Shown: positions 30,385 to 41,683, counted from the first letter of the stretch. The stretch: DNA of 64,000 bases from Minisyncoccota bacterium (GCA_041389025.1 JAWKSP010000001.1:64002-128001), one strand, 5' to 3'. The notes: generated by a model from the sequence alone, not told the origin. Numbers and translations: made by a program.

Positions 30385-30864
30385 TTAGCTATCATTTTTC
30401 TTTGCTAAATAATCCCCTCCATTAGCGACTAATGTACCGGTATTTTGCAAAAAAGTTGCTACCGCCGATATCGCTAACAACAATACCGGAACAAAAGCAT
30501 AGGCAGTGAGTAGATAAAGAAAAACCACCAAAAGTCCACACCAAACACTGATACAAGATGGACAACCAAGCAAATCTGCCAAAGTTCGACGTGGACCAGT
30601 TTTTGGTTTTGTCAATTCATATCCTCTTCCTACCTTTTTTAAATCCCAAAATTGCTCTCGAAAAAATTTAGTTACCGTATCAAATGCAAATAGCCGTACT
30701 AAACGCCAAGTTGCTAAAGTCATTAAAATATAATCAATCGGCCTAAGGCCAACTTCTAAAAACCTTGACTCAGTCTCAAGAATAATGGTCGCCATAATTA
30801 AAAGCGCTAAAAAGAAAACAAAAAAAATAAAGTTCCAAAAGTACTGATCAGTAACTCGTATCAT
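30385..30864 (-). CDS. Small membrane protein with CPSC/WCG motif
   Basis: Three or four TM helices; LLGCPSCISVWCG. Confidence 0.35.
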   Translation of the reverse strand: MIRVTDQYFWNFIFFVFFLALLIMATIILETESRFLEVGLRPIDYILMTLATWRLVRLFAFDTVTKFFREQFWDLKKVGRGYELTKPKTGPRRTLADLLGCPSCISVWCGLLVVFLYLLTAYAFVPVLLLAISAVATFLQNTGTLVANGGDYLAKKNDS

Positions 30865-31131
30865 AATTATTATTTTAATTATACACTAGAACCCACAACC
30901 AAAATAAACAGTAGTGTAATTACTATTACCGCAACAAAACTAATAAGAAATTTATAGAAAGTTTTATTGAACATTGGTTTATTATACCATTTATTTTTTC
31001 TGCATAGTCATGCTAACCATCTCGGGCAAGTAAGAAAACGACCTTTAGACAACACAAAAAGCCCCCAAAGGGGCTTTTTGTTAGCTTAGACTTTGAACTT
31101 TTACAAAATCAATGTCTTTGGTTAGCTAAGA

Positions 31132-33201
31132 TTAGCTACCTTGAATTGTTTCGTAACCAGTTCGGAAGTCTTGAGCTGGTGTAGGTACGTATCCTTGTGG
31201 ATCAGTAACACCGTCGTCTGTAGCTGAGTAATTAACCTCAGTTAGACTTACTCGGTAATCACCAGAAGCTACAGGATCGATAGTTACACGTAGAGTAAAG
31301 GTTTCAGTTTCACCTTCACGTACGGTAAACACTCCACTAGTTTCCTCATCAGCAGTTGATGAAAGAACTCCTGATACTGTATCACCAGTTGATGAAGCAT
31401 TTGATCCGCTGTAAGTAAAGGCTACACCAGTTGTAGAAGTTGAACCTTCGGTTGCAAGTTCTTTGATGTAGAAATCACCTTCAACAGCTTGTACTTCAAA
31501 CTCAATAGTAAACTCACCTAGAGTGTCGTTATCACCTGAAGTATCAGTTGAAGTTTCAACACCATCAATAGGTAGAAGGATACCTTCTGCTACTAGAGTG
31601 TGTGACTCACCGTTAGCTGAACCTGTAAGTTGTCCAGAATCTAGATCATCAGCACCTTCGGCGTCTGTTAGATCTACTTCAGTACCTGTTACGTCAGCTT
31701 CAATAGTAGTACCGTTTTCATAACGTGGTACACCATTGCTTACTTCTTGAGCATTAAGATCAACTACAACCTTAACAGTTACCTCATCTCCCTCATCAAC
31801 TACGATGTCACCATCAATGTCGAATTCAAAAGTAGTTTCGGTACCAGTTGTACTGGCTGAGTTTTCGGCGTCAAAAGTTTGACCATCAATCTCAAGAGCA
31901 ATATCATCAATAACCTTTGATGAAGTTGTTCCGGTTGTTACCTTAACAAACAAGGTATTGATTTCGATATCACCTTCTTTAGCTTCAATGTCATATTCCA
32001 TAATGGTTACGCCATTGGTCTTTGAATCAGTATCAACTACGATATCAGTTGCATCTGGATTACTTGAAGCGGTTGAGAACTTAAGTTCTTCACCGTCACC
32101 TTCCTCAACGATTTCGAAGTCTGCTGTAGCGGTTGGAAGTTCATCAGTAGTATCATCATCTGAAGAAACACCATCAGCATCAAAGTATCGAACTTCAGTT
32201 GCTGTAAGTCTCCAATCAGCATCAGAACCAGCATCATCAACATGACTTGTTATGTTTGCTGCTACTGTTACCTTTACCTTTTCATCTTCTTCTAGAATAA
32301 GACCAAGACGTGAGAAGCGGAATTCACCGTCATCTTCATTTAGATAATTATCCTCATCGTCAGCTTCAAATTCAGCAATCTTATCACCATCTACCCATAG
32401 AGAGATTTCATCAAACACATCCCAAGGATCAGATTCAGTTGGTGTATTTTGACCAACTAGAGTGAAAGTGATGCGATCTACTTCAATATCACCATCAGTA
32501 GCTTCCATAGTGATCTCAGCGATCTCTACATCTTCAGCTCCTTCTTGGATATCAGTATCATCTGCATCATCCATCTCAAAGGTATCTAACTCACCCTCTC
32601 CTGAAAGAGTCTTGTTGTCTTCCTCCTCTTCCTCCTCTTCCTCTTCCTCATCAGGAGTTGGAGTTGGTGGAACCACTACTACTGTACATAGACCATTAGC
32701 CTTAGCACGAGTACCTGGACCAAAGTATCCAGTTGGATTTACAAGACCGGCTGGAGATAGAATCTCTGATCGGTACTTAACTTGTAATTTAGAAACTGCA
32801 GCTGCGGTTGCTGGACCGTAGTATTCAGTCTCCATTCCCATTGAACCAGCACCGGTAGCAGCTACACGAGTATCTGGGTCAGAGTTTAGAAACTGTTGTA
32901 GTTTCATTACGTCCATTCCGGTTGAACCGTTTGATAGGTCACGAGTCCAAGTGTATGGACAAACACCAGAAGTCATTCCTGTTGAACCGCTACCTTGTCC
33001 AAGTTGTCCTTGAAGGGTTGCGATCTGAGCAAGAAGGTCATTAATCATCTTTTGCAGATCTTCAGCTGATTGAGCCTGCGCTGCAGGAGCATAAGCTGAG
33101 AAGATCATTGCTAGTGCAACAAAAGCCACTGCGACTTTTGAAGCAAAATCTTTTGCAATAGTCATATATGTAATTAAATATTTTTTGCGTGGGGTTAACA
33201 C
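31132..33201 (-). CDS. Secreted surface protein: signal peptide, peptidoglycan-binding-like domain, poly-Glu tract, and a long acidic Thr/Asp/Glu-rich repeat region
   Basis: Signal peptide ...AMIFSAYAPAAQA. DVMKLQQFLNSDPDTRV...GYFGPGTRA resembles PG_binding_1. EEEEEEEEEEDNK tract. Start is probably at the internal Met near 33165. Confidence 0.5.
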   Translation of the reverse strand: MLTPRKKYLITYMTIAKDFASKVAVAFVALAMIFSAYAPAAQAQSAEDLQKMINDLLAQIATLQGQLGQGSGSTGMTSGVCPYTWTRDLSNGSTGMDVMKLQQFLNSDPDTRVAATGAGSMGMETEYYGPATAAAVSKLQVKYRSEILSPAGLVNPTGYFGPGTRAKANGLCTVVVVPPTPTPDEEEEEEEEEEDNKTLSGEGELDTFEMDDADDTDIQEGAEDVEIAEITMEATDGDIEVDRITFTLVGQNTPTESDPWDVFDEISLWVDGDKIAEFEADDEDNYLNEDDGEFRFSRLGLILEEDEKVKVTVAANITSHVDDAGSDADWRLTATEVRYFDADGVSSDDDTTDELPTATADFEIVEEGDGEELKFSTASSNPDATDIVVDTDSKTNGVTIMEYDIEAKEGDIEINTLFVKVTTGTTSSKVIDDIALEIDGQTFDAENSASTTGTETTFEFDIDGDIVVDEGDEVTVKVVVDLNAQEVSNGVPRYENGTTIEADVTGTEVDLTDAEGADDLDSGQLTGSANGESHTLVAEGILLPIDGVETSTDTSGDNDTLGEFTIEFEVQAVEGDFYIKELATEGSTSTTGVAFTYSGSNASSTGDTVSGVLSSTADEETSGVFTVREGETETFTLRVTIDPVASGDYRVSLTEVNYSATDDGVTDPQGYVPTPAQDFRTGYETIQGS

Positions 33202-34225
33202 GCGTACTTACCAAAAGGTAAGCTAAGTTAACTTGATAACGTCTAATAATATGAATTAATTCATATTCGTAAGTGGTCTATCACCTCCACTTTCGTAATA
33301 TCACTAACTCCACACATCAACTCAATAAATTTTAAATAAAAATTCATGAGGCAAGATGTGAAGGTTAGCTGCAATATCGGTCTGAATTTCTGTCATTAAG
33401 CAATCATAAGCGGAACAAAGTCATTCTGAGTATTTTGTGTTTTTTATTTGAAGGTACACAAAACCTTTAGTAATTTTACTTACCTAAAACTAAATATGTA
33501 GTTATCTTTTAGATAACATTGTCAAAGAACGTTCATACTTAACTTACAAGCTTAATCCATTAATTGAGTGAAAGTTGGACTATGGTCTTCATAGAGCAAA
33601 GTTTTCACCTTTAGAAAAAGCGCATAAGCGCGTGAGCGCAGTATAGCAGATTTTTATACTTTTGGTACAGCTTTTATCAGTATGATAATGTGGATTACAT
33701 TTCATCTAAAATAAAAGTTATAAAACAAATTTTTAGAAAAATATAAAATTAATACTGTAAAGCTGTAGTAAGCTACCTTACGTTAAAGTACAAAAAACGT
33801 CAATAATTAATACCGTTCTGTTAGTCTGCTTGTTATGACGACCAAGCAAAATAGTTCTTACCAAGCAAAATAATTAGAAAACATAAAAAGAAAAATTTCA
33901 AGTTTTCATTAGGGCATCTGTGTCAATTAATTTATATAAAGTAATTGCGAAACGACTCCGCTCTCATAAGCAAAAGTAGGGTTGTTCCGTAGTTATTTTT
34001 CTTTGCTTAGTCTAAGTGTATCTACTAGCCTACCTAATATAGTAAACAAAAATAAATTGTCTTTAAAAATTTCTGACTTTTACAAGCTAAATTAAAGACA
34101 AAAATAAATATATACTTTTTATTATATTTTAATTTTAAAGTAAGTCCTATACATAAAGTTATGCCTAAATTACTATTATTTAATTTGTTTTATAATAGAC
34201 AACAGCATTATGTCTTTTTAATACT

Positions 34226-34954
34226 TTAAGAGACGACCGAGTATTTAGACCAACGTCTTTCACCCTGTCTTATAACCTCTCCTTTTTCTATAAGACTATT
34301 TAATTCTCTTTGAATTGTCTTTTCGCTTACATCTGTTATGACTTCAGCAATGTCTTTTATAGTTGCTTCTGGTTTGGCTTCTAAGACTGTCTTTATTCTA
34401 GTTCCTCGATCAACCAACTGACTGTAGACCATGTGAGCATCTGAACTAATGTCTCCTTTTGGTATAGAAACTCTTTGTGATCTAGGTAACGATGGAGTTT
34501 TACTTACAGGTTTAGTATTCATTTCTTTTGTATCCTTAAACATATCTGAAGCTGACACAGTAGCTGGTACAATCTCTGAGAAATGGTTACGGATATATCG
34601 TTGCACTAAATCAATATCTTCTTCAAGCAACTGTAAAACATCGTCAGACAAGATTCTAGCAGAATTAGCAAACCGTAAACTTCCCTCTAAAGACAACAAT
34701 CCGTGCTGTAAAGTAAATAATTTGTCTTTGGCTTCCTGTTCAAAAAAAGACAAAGAGTCCATTATTGAGACTTGCACCTTTGAGGCATTGTCCATGATGT
34801 TTTTTATATAAAAGTCATTGTATTTTGATTCTTCTATATAAGACATTGTATAGAAAATGACTGATAAAATATTTTCTGTCTTTTTAAAAACATTGTTGTA
34901 GTATTCTTGATTGTTAGCTAGTCTTTTTGTATTTAATAGTCCTTTACTGTCCAT
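34226..34954 (-). CDS. Hypothetical protein with C-terminal winged-helix (DeoR-like) domain
   Basis: C-terminal IKDIAEVITDVSEKTIQRELNSLIEKGEVIRQGERRWSKY. Confidence 0.4.
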   Translation of the reverse strand: MDSKGLLNTKRLANNQEYYNNVFKKTENILSVIFYTMSYIEESKYNDFYIKNIMDNASKVQVSIMDSLSFFEQEAKDKLFTLQHGLLSLEGSLRFANSARILSDDVLQLLEEDIDLVQRYIRNHFSEIVPATVSASDMFKDTKEMNTKPVSKTPSLPRSQRVSIPKGDISSDAHMVYSQLVDRGTRIKTVLEAKPEATIKDIAEVITDVSEKTIQRELNSLIEKGEVIRQGERRWSKYSVVS

Positions 34955-35199
34955 AATAATACCTTTATTTGTCTTTTAATATATTAGTTTCCAAAGTCAC
35001 AGGCTTTTTCCTAGTAACATTACTAATACTTACTATAAAGACATTTTGTACTTTTGCAATATTGTATTGTTTGTCTTTAATTGTGTACTTGGGCCGATCC
35101 TAATTGATGGCTTTTAGAATTTTTTAATAATCGTTTAGCGATATTAATTTACTATTTTCTATTCAAATAATCCTATACTTACGAGCCCTTCTTCATGTT

Positions 35200-37449
35200 A
35201 TGATGTGCCTATCTTTAGGTATTTTTGATTTATTTATTATGGGTAGAAAAAAGAAAAAAACAGCTGAAATAGAGGAGAGGAATTCTATTTTTGACGACCT
35301 ATCACCACAAGCTAAGCAGGCTATTGCGGCAGTTGTTATGGCCGTGCTAGGAATTTTTTTGCTATTTTCATTACTTGGTTATGCTGGCCGAGTCGGCGGC
35401 TATACGGATGTGGCTTTGAGTAAACTTTTTGGCACCGGAGCTTGGCTTGCTCCAATCGCTTGTGCTTTTTATGTTTTTGTCATCATGAAACCACGTGAAG
35501 ATGAACGTGTTAGCGTATCAAAAATCATTGGTGTGTCTTTGGTGTTTATTTCCCTTTTAGCTGCTTTAGAACTTTACAAAGCTGGACTAGGTGGTATCAC
35601 AGGACTGTCACTCACTTACCCTCTGTCTTTCTTGGTAGGCGAAGCTATCACCGGAGTGATACTTTTTAGCTTTGTTTTAATCGGAATCTTTCTTACCTTT
35701 AACACCGGCCTTAACCTACCGAGTTTTAAACAAAATAAAGAAGAACTATCTGAGGAAGAAGATGACTTAGGTCTTGATGGGCTAGACTTACCTGAACTGG
35801 AAGAAGCGGAGGAAGTAAATGATGAGGAAGAGATTGAGGAAGAGGAAAAAGAAAACAAAAAGAAAAAAACTTCTTTGGTCGACAAGGTAGCTGACTTAAA
35901 AAATGCCACCAAAGGTGATATTACGGTTAAGCATTTTAGCGGACCATATGTTCCTCCATCACTAAATATTTTGAATAAAGACAAAGGTAGAGCGATGGCA
36001 GGAGACGTAAAGGCTAACTCTTTAACTATCAAAAGAACCTTGCGAGAGTTTGGTATCAACGTGGAGATGGACGCGGTGGAAAGCGGACCAGCCATCACCC
36101 GCTACTCACTTAAGCCAGCTCAAGGGGTACGGATTTCTCGTATTGTCGCTCTTCAACAAGAACTACAGTTGGCACTGAAAGCCAGCACTATCCGTATCGA
36201 AGCACCAATCCCTGGTAAATCACTGGTTGGTATAGAAGTACCAAATGCTGTCCGCTCCACCGTGGGATTGGCTTCACTTCTTAAAAATCCTGAGTACACG
36301 GATTCACCTCGCCCACTTTTGGTAGCGCTTGGACGTGATGTGGCTGGTGGTGTGCATTTTGCTAATATTGCTCGTATGCCTCACGCTCTTATCGCCGGTA
36401 CTACCGGCTCTGGTAAATCAGTTACTATTCATAATATTATTGTTTCTCTATTATTTAGAAATTCACCTGAACAACTACGTTTTATCCTGGTTGATCCAAA
36501 ACGAGTAGAACTTACCTTATATAATGGCATTCCACACCTTCTTACCCCAGTAATTACTGAACCAAAAAAAGCTATTCGTTCACTCGGTTGGGCAGTAAAA
36601 GAAATGGCAAGACGTTATGACATACTACAAGCTGAAGGGATACAAGGTCTAGACTCTTACCACAGCAATGTCTATCAACCGGCTAAAAAAGCTTGGGAAG
36701 AAAATGGTTCTCCAGAAGACGAGAAGGACAGTCTGCCGGAACCGTTACCTTATATAGTAATAATTCTTGATGAGTTAAACGACCTGATGCAAGCTTACCC
36801 AAGAGAGCTAGAAGCTTTAATAGTACGCTTGGCACAAATGAGTCGCGCTGTCGGTATCCATTTGATGTTGGCCACCCAAAGACCGTCGGTAAACGTAATC
36901 ACTGGTACTATTAAAGCCAATATTCCTACCCGTATCGCTTTAAACGTGGCTTCACAAGTAGACTCTCGTACTATTATCGACCAAGTAGGGGCAGAAAAAC
37001 TGTTAGGTCAAGGGGATATGCTCTACTTGTCATCAGACAGTCCACGGCTGACTCGTATCCAATCAGCCTACATATCGGGTGAAGAGATTAAAAAAGTAGT
37101 CACCTATCTTAAAGACCAAGATGCTGACACCTTAGACACAATAAACTTCGATGAACAAACAGAAGGTAACGCCAATTCTTTCATGTCTTCAATTGGTGGA
37201 GGCAATGATGACGAGGCTGAAGATGAGCTGTTTGAAGACGCTAAATACGCTGTCATGGAAGCTGGCAAAGCCTCCACTTCTTATTTACAACGAAAATTAC
37301 GTATCGGTTATTCGAGAGCTGCACGACTAATGGATATACTGGAGGAACAAGGTGTAATTGGCCCAGCTGATGGTTCAAAAGCCCGTGAAGTACTGGTTGG
37401 AAAAAACGACACAGATGATGAAGACGACTCTGATGAACAAAACCGGTAG
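35200..37449 (+). CDS. ftsK: DNA translocase FtsK/SpoIIIE
   Basis: N-terminal TM helices, acidic linker, Walker A IAGTTGSGKSV, LVDPKRVEL, and a gamma-domain-like C-terminus YLQRKLRIGYSRAARLMDILEEQGVIGP. Confidence 0.9.
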   Translation: MMCLSLGIFDLFIMGRKKKKTAEIEERNSIFDDLSPQAKQAIAAVVMAVLGIFLLFSLLGYAGRVGGYTDVALSKLFGTGAWLAPIACAFYVFVIMKPREDERVSVSKIIGVSLVFISLLAALELYKAGLGGITGLSLTYPLSFLVGEAITGVILFSFVLIGIFLTFNTGLNLPSFKQNKEELSEEEDDLGLDGLDLPELEEAEEVNDEEEIEEEEKENKKKKTSLVDKVADLKNATKGDITVKHFSGPYVPPSLNILNKDKGRAMAGDVKANSLTIKRTLREFGINVEMDAVESGPAITRYSLKPAQGVRISRIVALQQELQLALKASTIRIEAPIPGKSLVGIEVPNAVRSTVGLASLLKNPEYTDSPRPLLVALGRDVAGGVHFANIARMPHALIAGTTGSGKSVTIHNIIVSLLFRNSPEQLRFILVDPKRVELTLYNGIPHLLTPVITEPKKAIRSLGWAVKEMARRYDILQAEGIQGLDSYHSNVYQPAKKAWEENGSPEDEKDSLPEPLPYIVIILDELNDLMQAYPRELEALIVRLAQMSRAVGIHLMLATQRPSVNVITGTIKANIPTRIALNVASQVDSRTIIDQVGAEKLLGQGDMLYLSSDSPRLTRIQSAYISGEEIKKVVTYLKDQDADTLDTINFDEQTEGNANSFMSSIGGGNDDEAEDELFEDAKYAVMEAGKASTSYLQRKLRIGYSRAARLMDILEEQGVIGPADGSKAREVLVGKNDTDDEDDSDEQNR

Positions 37450-37466
37450 ATTAATATAAAAAAGTT

Positions 37467-37847
37467 ATGTTTGAAAATGAAAAACAACTGGAATTTAGAG
37501 ATGTTTTAAAAATAACAGCTTATATTGTGGTTATAGCAATATTTTCTGTCTATGTGGTATTTCAAGCTCGTTTTATTATTACCGGACCACAAATCACTAT
37601 AAATACTGAACTTCCTACGCAAAACACCTCTCGAGTGATAGAATTAAGTGGCACCACAAAAAATATTACTCATCTCTGGCTTAACGACAGACAGATTTTT
37701 ACTGATGAGAAAGGTAATTTTAAAGAGAATTTGGTATTAGAAAACGGCCACACCATAACCACCCTTAAAGCCAAGGATCGATACGGACGAGAAACCGAAC
37801 TAGTACGATCATTTGTCTATACCCCAGCTTCGCTGATTAAAAGTTGA
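37467..37847 (+). CDS. Small single-TM hypothetical protein
   Basis: One N-terminal TM helix; no recognisable motif. Confidence 0.35.
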   Translation: MFENEKQLEFRDVLKITAYIVVIAIFSVYVVFQARFIITGPQITINTELPTQNTSRVIELSGTTKNITHLWLNDRQIFTDEKGNFKENLVLENGHTITTLKAKDRYGRETELVRSFVYTPASLIKS

Positions 37848-37873
37848 TGATATTATTTAATATATTTATTTAT

Positions 37874-38941
37874 ATGGCAAAGAAAAAAACTGAAATAAAA
37901 ACCAATAAAGATGACAATAAAGAAAAAGATTTAGCTGGAATAGCTGAAACACTAAGGTCAATTAAGACAAAATTTGGTGATGAAGCTATTATGACCTTGG
38001 ATGAGAGCAAAAAGGTTGATGTCGACGCTGTCTCTACCGGATCAATCGGACTTGATGATGCTTTAGGTATTGGTGGCTTTCCCCGTGGGCGAATTGTGGA
38101 AATATTTGGTCCGGAATCATCTGGAAAAACTACTCTTTCCCTACATGCAGTAGCAGAAGCGCAGAAAGCTGGTGGTATTTGTGCTTTTATTGACGCTGAA
38201 CATGCCATGGACCCTGAATACGCTAAAAATATTGGTGTTAAATTGGACGAATTACTTATCTCTCAACCAGACAACGGTGAGCAAGCACTCGAAATAGTTG
38301 AATCATTAGTTCGATCCGGAAAACTTGATGTAATAGTGATCGATTCAGTAGCGGCTTTAACACCAAAAGATGAAATCGAAGGTGAAATGGGAGCGCACCA
38401 TGTTGGTAAACAAGCTCGTCTCATGAGTCAAGCTCTTAGAAAATTGACCGGAATTGTCGCCAAGAGTAAGACAGTAGTAATATTTATCAATCAAATCCGT
38501 ATGCAAGTAGGGGTGATGTTTGGGAATCCAGAAACTACCCCAGGTGGAAAAGCTTTAAAATTCTACACTTCAGTTCGTCTAGATATCCGTCGTATTGCCC
38601 AAATAAAAAAAGGAGATGAAGTGGTCGGCGGTCGACATCGAGTAAAAGTGGTTAAAAATAAAGTCGCTTCCCCTTTTCGTACCACTGAATTTGATCTGAT
38701 CTATGGTGAAGGTATTTCCCGTGAAGGTGAAATCCTAGCTTTAGGAGAAAAATATAGTATGATCAGAAAAGCTGGTGCCTCTTATACTTATACCCCTCCT
38801 GGTGGAGACGAGAGTGCTGAAGTAAAACTCGGTCGCGGCTACGACGCTGCACGTACTACTTTACGAGAAAATCCTAAGGTTCAAAAAGAATTATTAGGAC
38901 ATATTAGAAAAGCCTTGAAAGCAGAAGCGAATAAAGCTTGA
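37874..38941 (+). CDS. recA: Recombinase RecA
   Basis: [10 protein letters not shown] Walker A and [28 protein letters not shown]. Start set at MAKKK... because the ORF-track start at 37844 adds a hydrophobic prefix. Confidence 0.9.
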   Translation: MAKKKTEIKTNKDDNKEKDLAGIAETLRSIKTKFGDEAIMTLDESKKVDVDAVSTGSIGLDDALGIGGFPRGRIVEIFGPESSGKTTLSLHAVAEAQKAGGICAFIDAEHAMDPEYAKNIGVKLDELLISQPDNGEQALEIVESLVRSGKLDVIVIDSVAALTPKDEIEGEMGAHHVGKQARLMSQALRKLTGIVAKSKTVVIFINQIRMQVGVMFGNPETTPGGKALKFYTSVRLDIRRIAQIKKGDEVVGGRHRVKVVKNKVASPFRTTEFDLIYGEGISREGEILALGEKYSMIRKAGASYTYTPPGGDESAEVKLGRGYDAARTTLRENPKVQKELLGHIRKALKAEANKA

Positions 38942-39018
38942 TGAAGATATTTTGTGAACAAAATATAGTTATAGGCCGAAAGCTTTGCTTCCGGCCTATA
39001 ACTATATAAGAATTACAA

Positions 39019-39732
39019 TTAATATCCCGAAAATTCCTCAAATCTAATCGAATCCTCATCTACAGAGGCCTCTTCCAGCATCTTTCGCATAGCTGATACC
39101 ATCGTTGGCGGTCCAGCCATATAATAAATCGCCTTTCCCGTATCAAGGACATATTTCTTCACCATAGACCAGTCTATATAACCGGTTTCACCCAACCAAT
39201 CGTCATCTTCTCTGACATCAGTCATAGTTGGTATAAATTGTAAATTAATCTCACCTGAAGACGTAATGGTATTTAATTCTTCAAAAAAAGCACTGTCCTT
39301 TAATTGTCGATTAGAGTAAAACAGGTATAATTTATGAGCTTTTCCAGCATTTATAACATCTCTTATCATACTGACGAATGGTGTAATACCAATCCCGCCC
39401 ACTAAAAAGACAGCTGGTTTTTCTTCATCATTATGTAACCGAAAAGAACCAAACGGGCCTTCTATTTCTACCAAATCACCTTCTTTAAGTGTACTTAGAG
39501 TATTTTTATAGTCAGACCCACGCATTCTGGTGGCAATTTGTAAAAATTTTTGGCTCGGTTCAGTAACTAGAGAGAAAGTATGAATATTTTTTCCTTCGAG
39601 CTGCGGTAATGTCAGATCGATTGTCTGGCCAGCTTCGTAAGTAAAACTAGGTGGTTTTTCAAAAGTAAATAAACTGGTTTTGTCAGCAACTTCTTCGCTT
39701 TTAATAAATTTAATTTGATATTTTTCAGACAT
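39019..39732 (-). CDS. FAD/NAD(P)-binding ferredoxin-reductase-type oxidoreductase
   Basis: FNR-like motifs HTFSL, LVGGIGITPF, YMAGPPTM. Confidence 0.6.
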   Translation of the reverse strand: MSEKYQIKFIKSEEVADKTSLFTFEKPPSFTYEAGQTIDLTLPQLEGKNIHTFSLVTEPSQKFLQIATRMRGSDYKNTLSTLKEGDLVEIEGPFGSFRLHNDEEKPAVFLVGGIGITPFVSMIRDVINAGKAHKLYLFYSNRQLKDSAFFEELNTITSSGEINLQFIPTMTDVREDDDWLGETGYIDWSMVKKYVLDTGKAIYYMAGPPTMVSAMRKMLEEASVDEDSIRFEEFSGY

Positions 39733-39788
39733 AAATATGTTAATTACTTATGTCTTCTATATTAACATTACTACAGAAACTAGGAAAT

Positions 39789-40178
39789 TTAAGCGTACTG
39801 TATTACACGATGATAAAAATGCCCTTGGAAGCGCCAACTGAGTAAGGAAAATATAATCAAACCGAGAGTAAGTAGTGTCATAAACTCACCATTAGCAATG
39901 GCTTGAGCAAAAGTATTATAAATAAAGTCCGGCACTGCTCCCACCTGAACCGCTAGTAAATTAGATACAACATCACCAACCGAAACTAGTTTTATAAAAA
40001 CGAAGCTACTAACTCCAAAAATAAAGCCAAATAAAGTTGAATAGCTTACAAAAATACTAAGTAAATAACTATACCAAACTCGGCGCATGACTACTCTTCT
40101 TATATTAGATGATGAATTTTTCATAATTTTAATTTTCTTATCTATTACAACAACCGATCTATAATAAAAAGTTACCAC
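39789..40178 (-). CDS. Membrane protein, possible anti-sigma factor
   Basis: Overlaps the sigma-factor gene end by 7 nt (translational coupling); 2-3 TM helices. Assignment is by context only. Confidence 0.3.
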   Translation of the reverse strand: MVTFYYRSVVVIDKKIKIMKNSSSNIRRVVMRRVWYSYLLSIFVSYSTLFGFIFGVSSFVFIKLVSVGDVVSNLLAVQVGAVPDFIYNTFAQAIANGEFMTLLTLGLIIFSLLSWRFQGHFYHRVIQYA

Positions 40179-40762
40179 AAACCTTCTAGTTCCTCTTTTT
40201 TACTCTCGCGACGAAAGGCATTTTTAGCCCGATGAATACGAACCTTTATTGTTCCGACACTTTCATTGGTATGATTAGCAATATCGGCGTGTGACCAGCG
40301 TTCTAAATAATGTAATCGCAACACTAAAACAAAATGTTCAGGTAATCGACTTAAGATACGTTCAATACCATCCCGTTTTTCTACTTTATTTTGTGTATCA
40401 GTTTTCTCACTGATAAATTGTTCAAATTCAGGATCAAGTGAAGCAAAACGTTGACCTTCTTTTAATAATTTTTGATAGCGAGTAAAAGCAGTATTCATTA
40501 ATATTTTGTAAGCCCAAGAAGAAAATTTAGCCCCTTCTTGTGGTGAAAAAGACGTTGCATTTACATATATCTTGGTAAAAGTATCCTGCACCACCTCTTC
40601 AGCATCATCTTTGTTGTGTATTATACTCATTGCCTTACGTAAAAAAGCTGTTTCATAACGATCAAGAAGTACGGCAAATAGCCACGGTTCACTTTGTGAA
40701 CGTTCAAGTATCGCTTCATCACTAAGCGTACTCCCCTTACTTGTAGTTGTCAGTCCTAGCAT
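40172..40762 (-). CDS. RNA polymerase sigma factor, sigma-70 ECF-type
   Basis: Region 2 (EEVVQDTFTKIY..SWAYKILMN) and region 4 HTH (LRLHYLERWSHADIANHTNESVGTIKVRIHRAKNAFR). Confidence 0.8.
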   Translation of the reverse strand: MLGLTTTSKGSTLSDEAILERSQSEPWLFAVLLDRYETAFLRKAMSIIHNKDDAEEVVQDTFTKIYVNATSFSPQEGAKFSSWAYKILMNTAFTRYQKLLKEGQRFASLDPEFEQFISEKTDTQNKVEKRDGIERILSRLPEHFVLVLRLHYLERWSHADIANHTNESVGTIKVRIHRAKNAFRRESKKEELEGLW

Positions 40763-40808
40763 ATATGGTAGTATCTTCTTGCTTTTACTATAGCATTTTT
40801 AAATATTT

Positions 40809-41384
40809 ATGGCAGTCTTATCTTATAACGAAATTACTCCGAAAAAAGTTATCATCTTTAATGATGAACCTTATTTGGTACTTTCTTACCATGTTTTTAG
40901 AAAACAACAAAGAAAACCGGTCAATATAACCAAGCTTAAAAGCTTAAAAAGTGGCCGAGTGGTGGAAAATACTTTCCACGTCAACGAAACTGCCGAAGAA
41001 GCTGATTTGGAAAATCGTAACATTACCTTTATTTATCGTAAGGGTGACGAATACTGGTTTCATACCACCGGCAAACCAAGTGAGAGATTTACCCTTTCGG
41101 CTGACTTAATCGGTGATCAAGGTAAATTTATCAAAGACCGTTCAGAGCTTGATGCTTTGGTCTATGAAAATGAAGTAATTGGTGTAAAAGTTCCAATTAA
41201 AATTGAATTGAAGGTAAAAGAAGCGATGGAAGCGGTTAAAGGTAACACTTCCTCAGGTGCCCAAAAAGAAGTTACTGTAGAAACCGGAGCCACTATAATG
41301 GTACCGATGTTTATTAATGAAGGTGACATTATAGCTATTAACACCGACACCGGAGAGTATTCGGAAAGAATTGAGAAAGCATAA
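40809..41384 (+). CDS. efp: Elongation factor P
   Basis: About 190 aa with three OB/KOW-like segments; GKPSERFTLSADLIGDQ...; C-terminal TDTGEYSERIEKA aligns to the EF-P family. Confidence 0.8.
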   Translation: MAVLSYNEITPKKVIIFNDEPYLVLSYHVFRKQQRKPVNITKLKSLKSGRVVENTFHVNETAEEADLENRNITFIYRKGDEYWFHTTGKPSERFTLSADLIGDQGKFIKDRSELDALVYENEVIGVKVPIKIELKVKEAMEAVKGNTSSGAQKEVTVETGATIMVPMFINEGDIIAINTDTGEYSERIEKA

Positions 41385-41442
41385 AAAAGATTAGCCTGTG
41401 ATAAAAATCACAGGCTTTTATTTTTTGAGACATTACATTACA

Positions 41443-41556
41443 GTCCCTTTGCTCTCAATTGATCATCTATTTCCCCAAATTTAGGGTCATCTGAAACGAT
41501 TTTTTCAAAGAAACGTTTCCAAAAACTTTTAATGAACTCATAAGCCTTCATGATAT
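41443..41556 (-). CDS. Putative 37-aa small protein
   Basis: AGGAGA SD 7 nt upstream of the ATG; MKAYEFIKSFWKRFFEKIVSDDPKFGEIDDQLRAKGL. Confidence 0.3.
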
Positions 41557-41683
41557 ATTCTCCTCTTAAAGACTATGTTAGTAAATTATATACCTTTTTA
41601 TAAAACTAAGGTAAATATCCACATGGTTACATTCAGCACTAAAACTATAAAGCTGCCGGCTTTGCCGGCGGGGCTTTATAGTT

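Noticed and set aside
32590-32660. GAG/GAA repeat tract (poly-Glu) that could look like a short tandem repeat or CRISPR-like periodicity
   Set aside because: It is an in-frame low-complexity coding tract within the surface-protein gene. No repeat-spacer architecture occurs anywhere in the window, so no CRISPR array is called.
33202-34225. Considered calling an origin of replication
   Set aside because: It has only isolated imperfect DnaA-box-like words and no dnaA or dnaN nearby. The evidence is insufficient.
35616-36098. 160-aa minus-strand Ser-rich ORF
   Set aside because: It is antisense to ftsK (acidic linker region).
37870-38208. 112-aa minus-strand ORF
   Set aside because: It is antisense to recA.
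40747-40929. 60-aa plus-strand ORF
   Set aside because: It overlaps the sigma-factor start and the efp start region, has no RBS, and is likely spurious.
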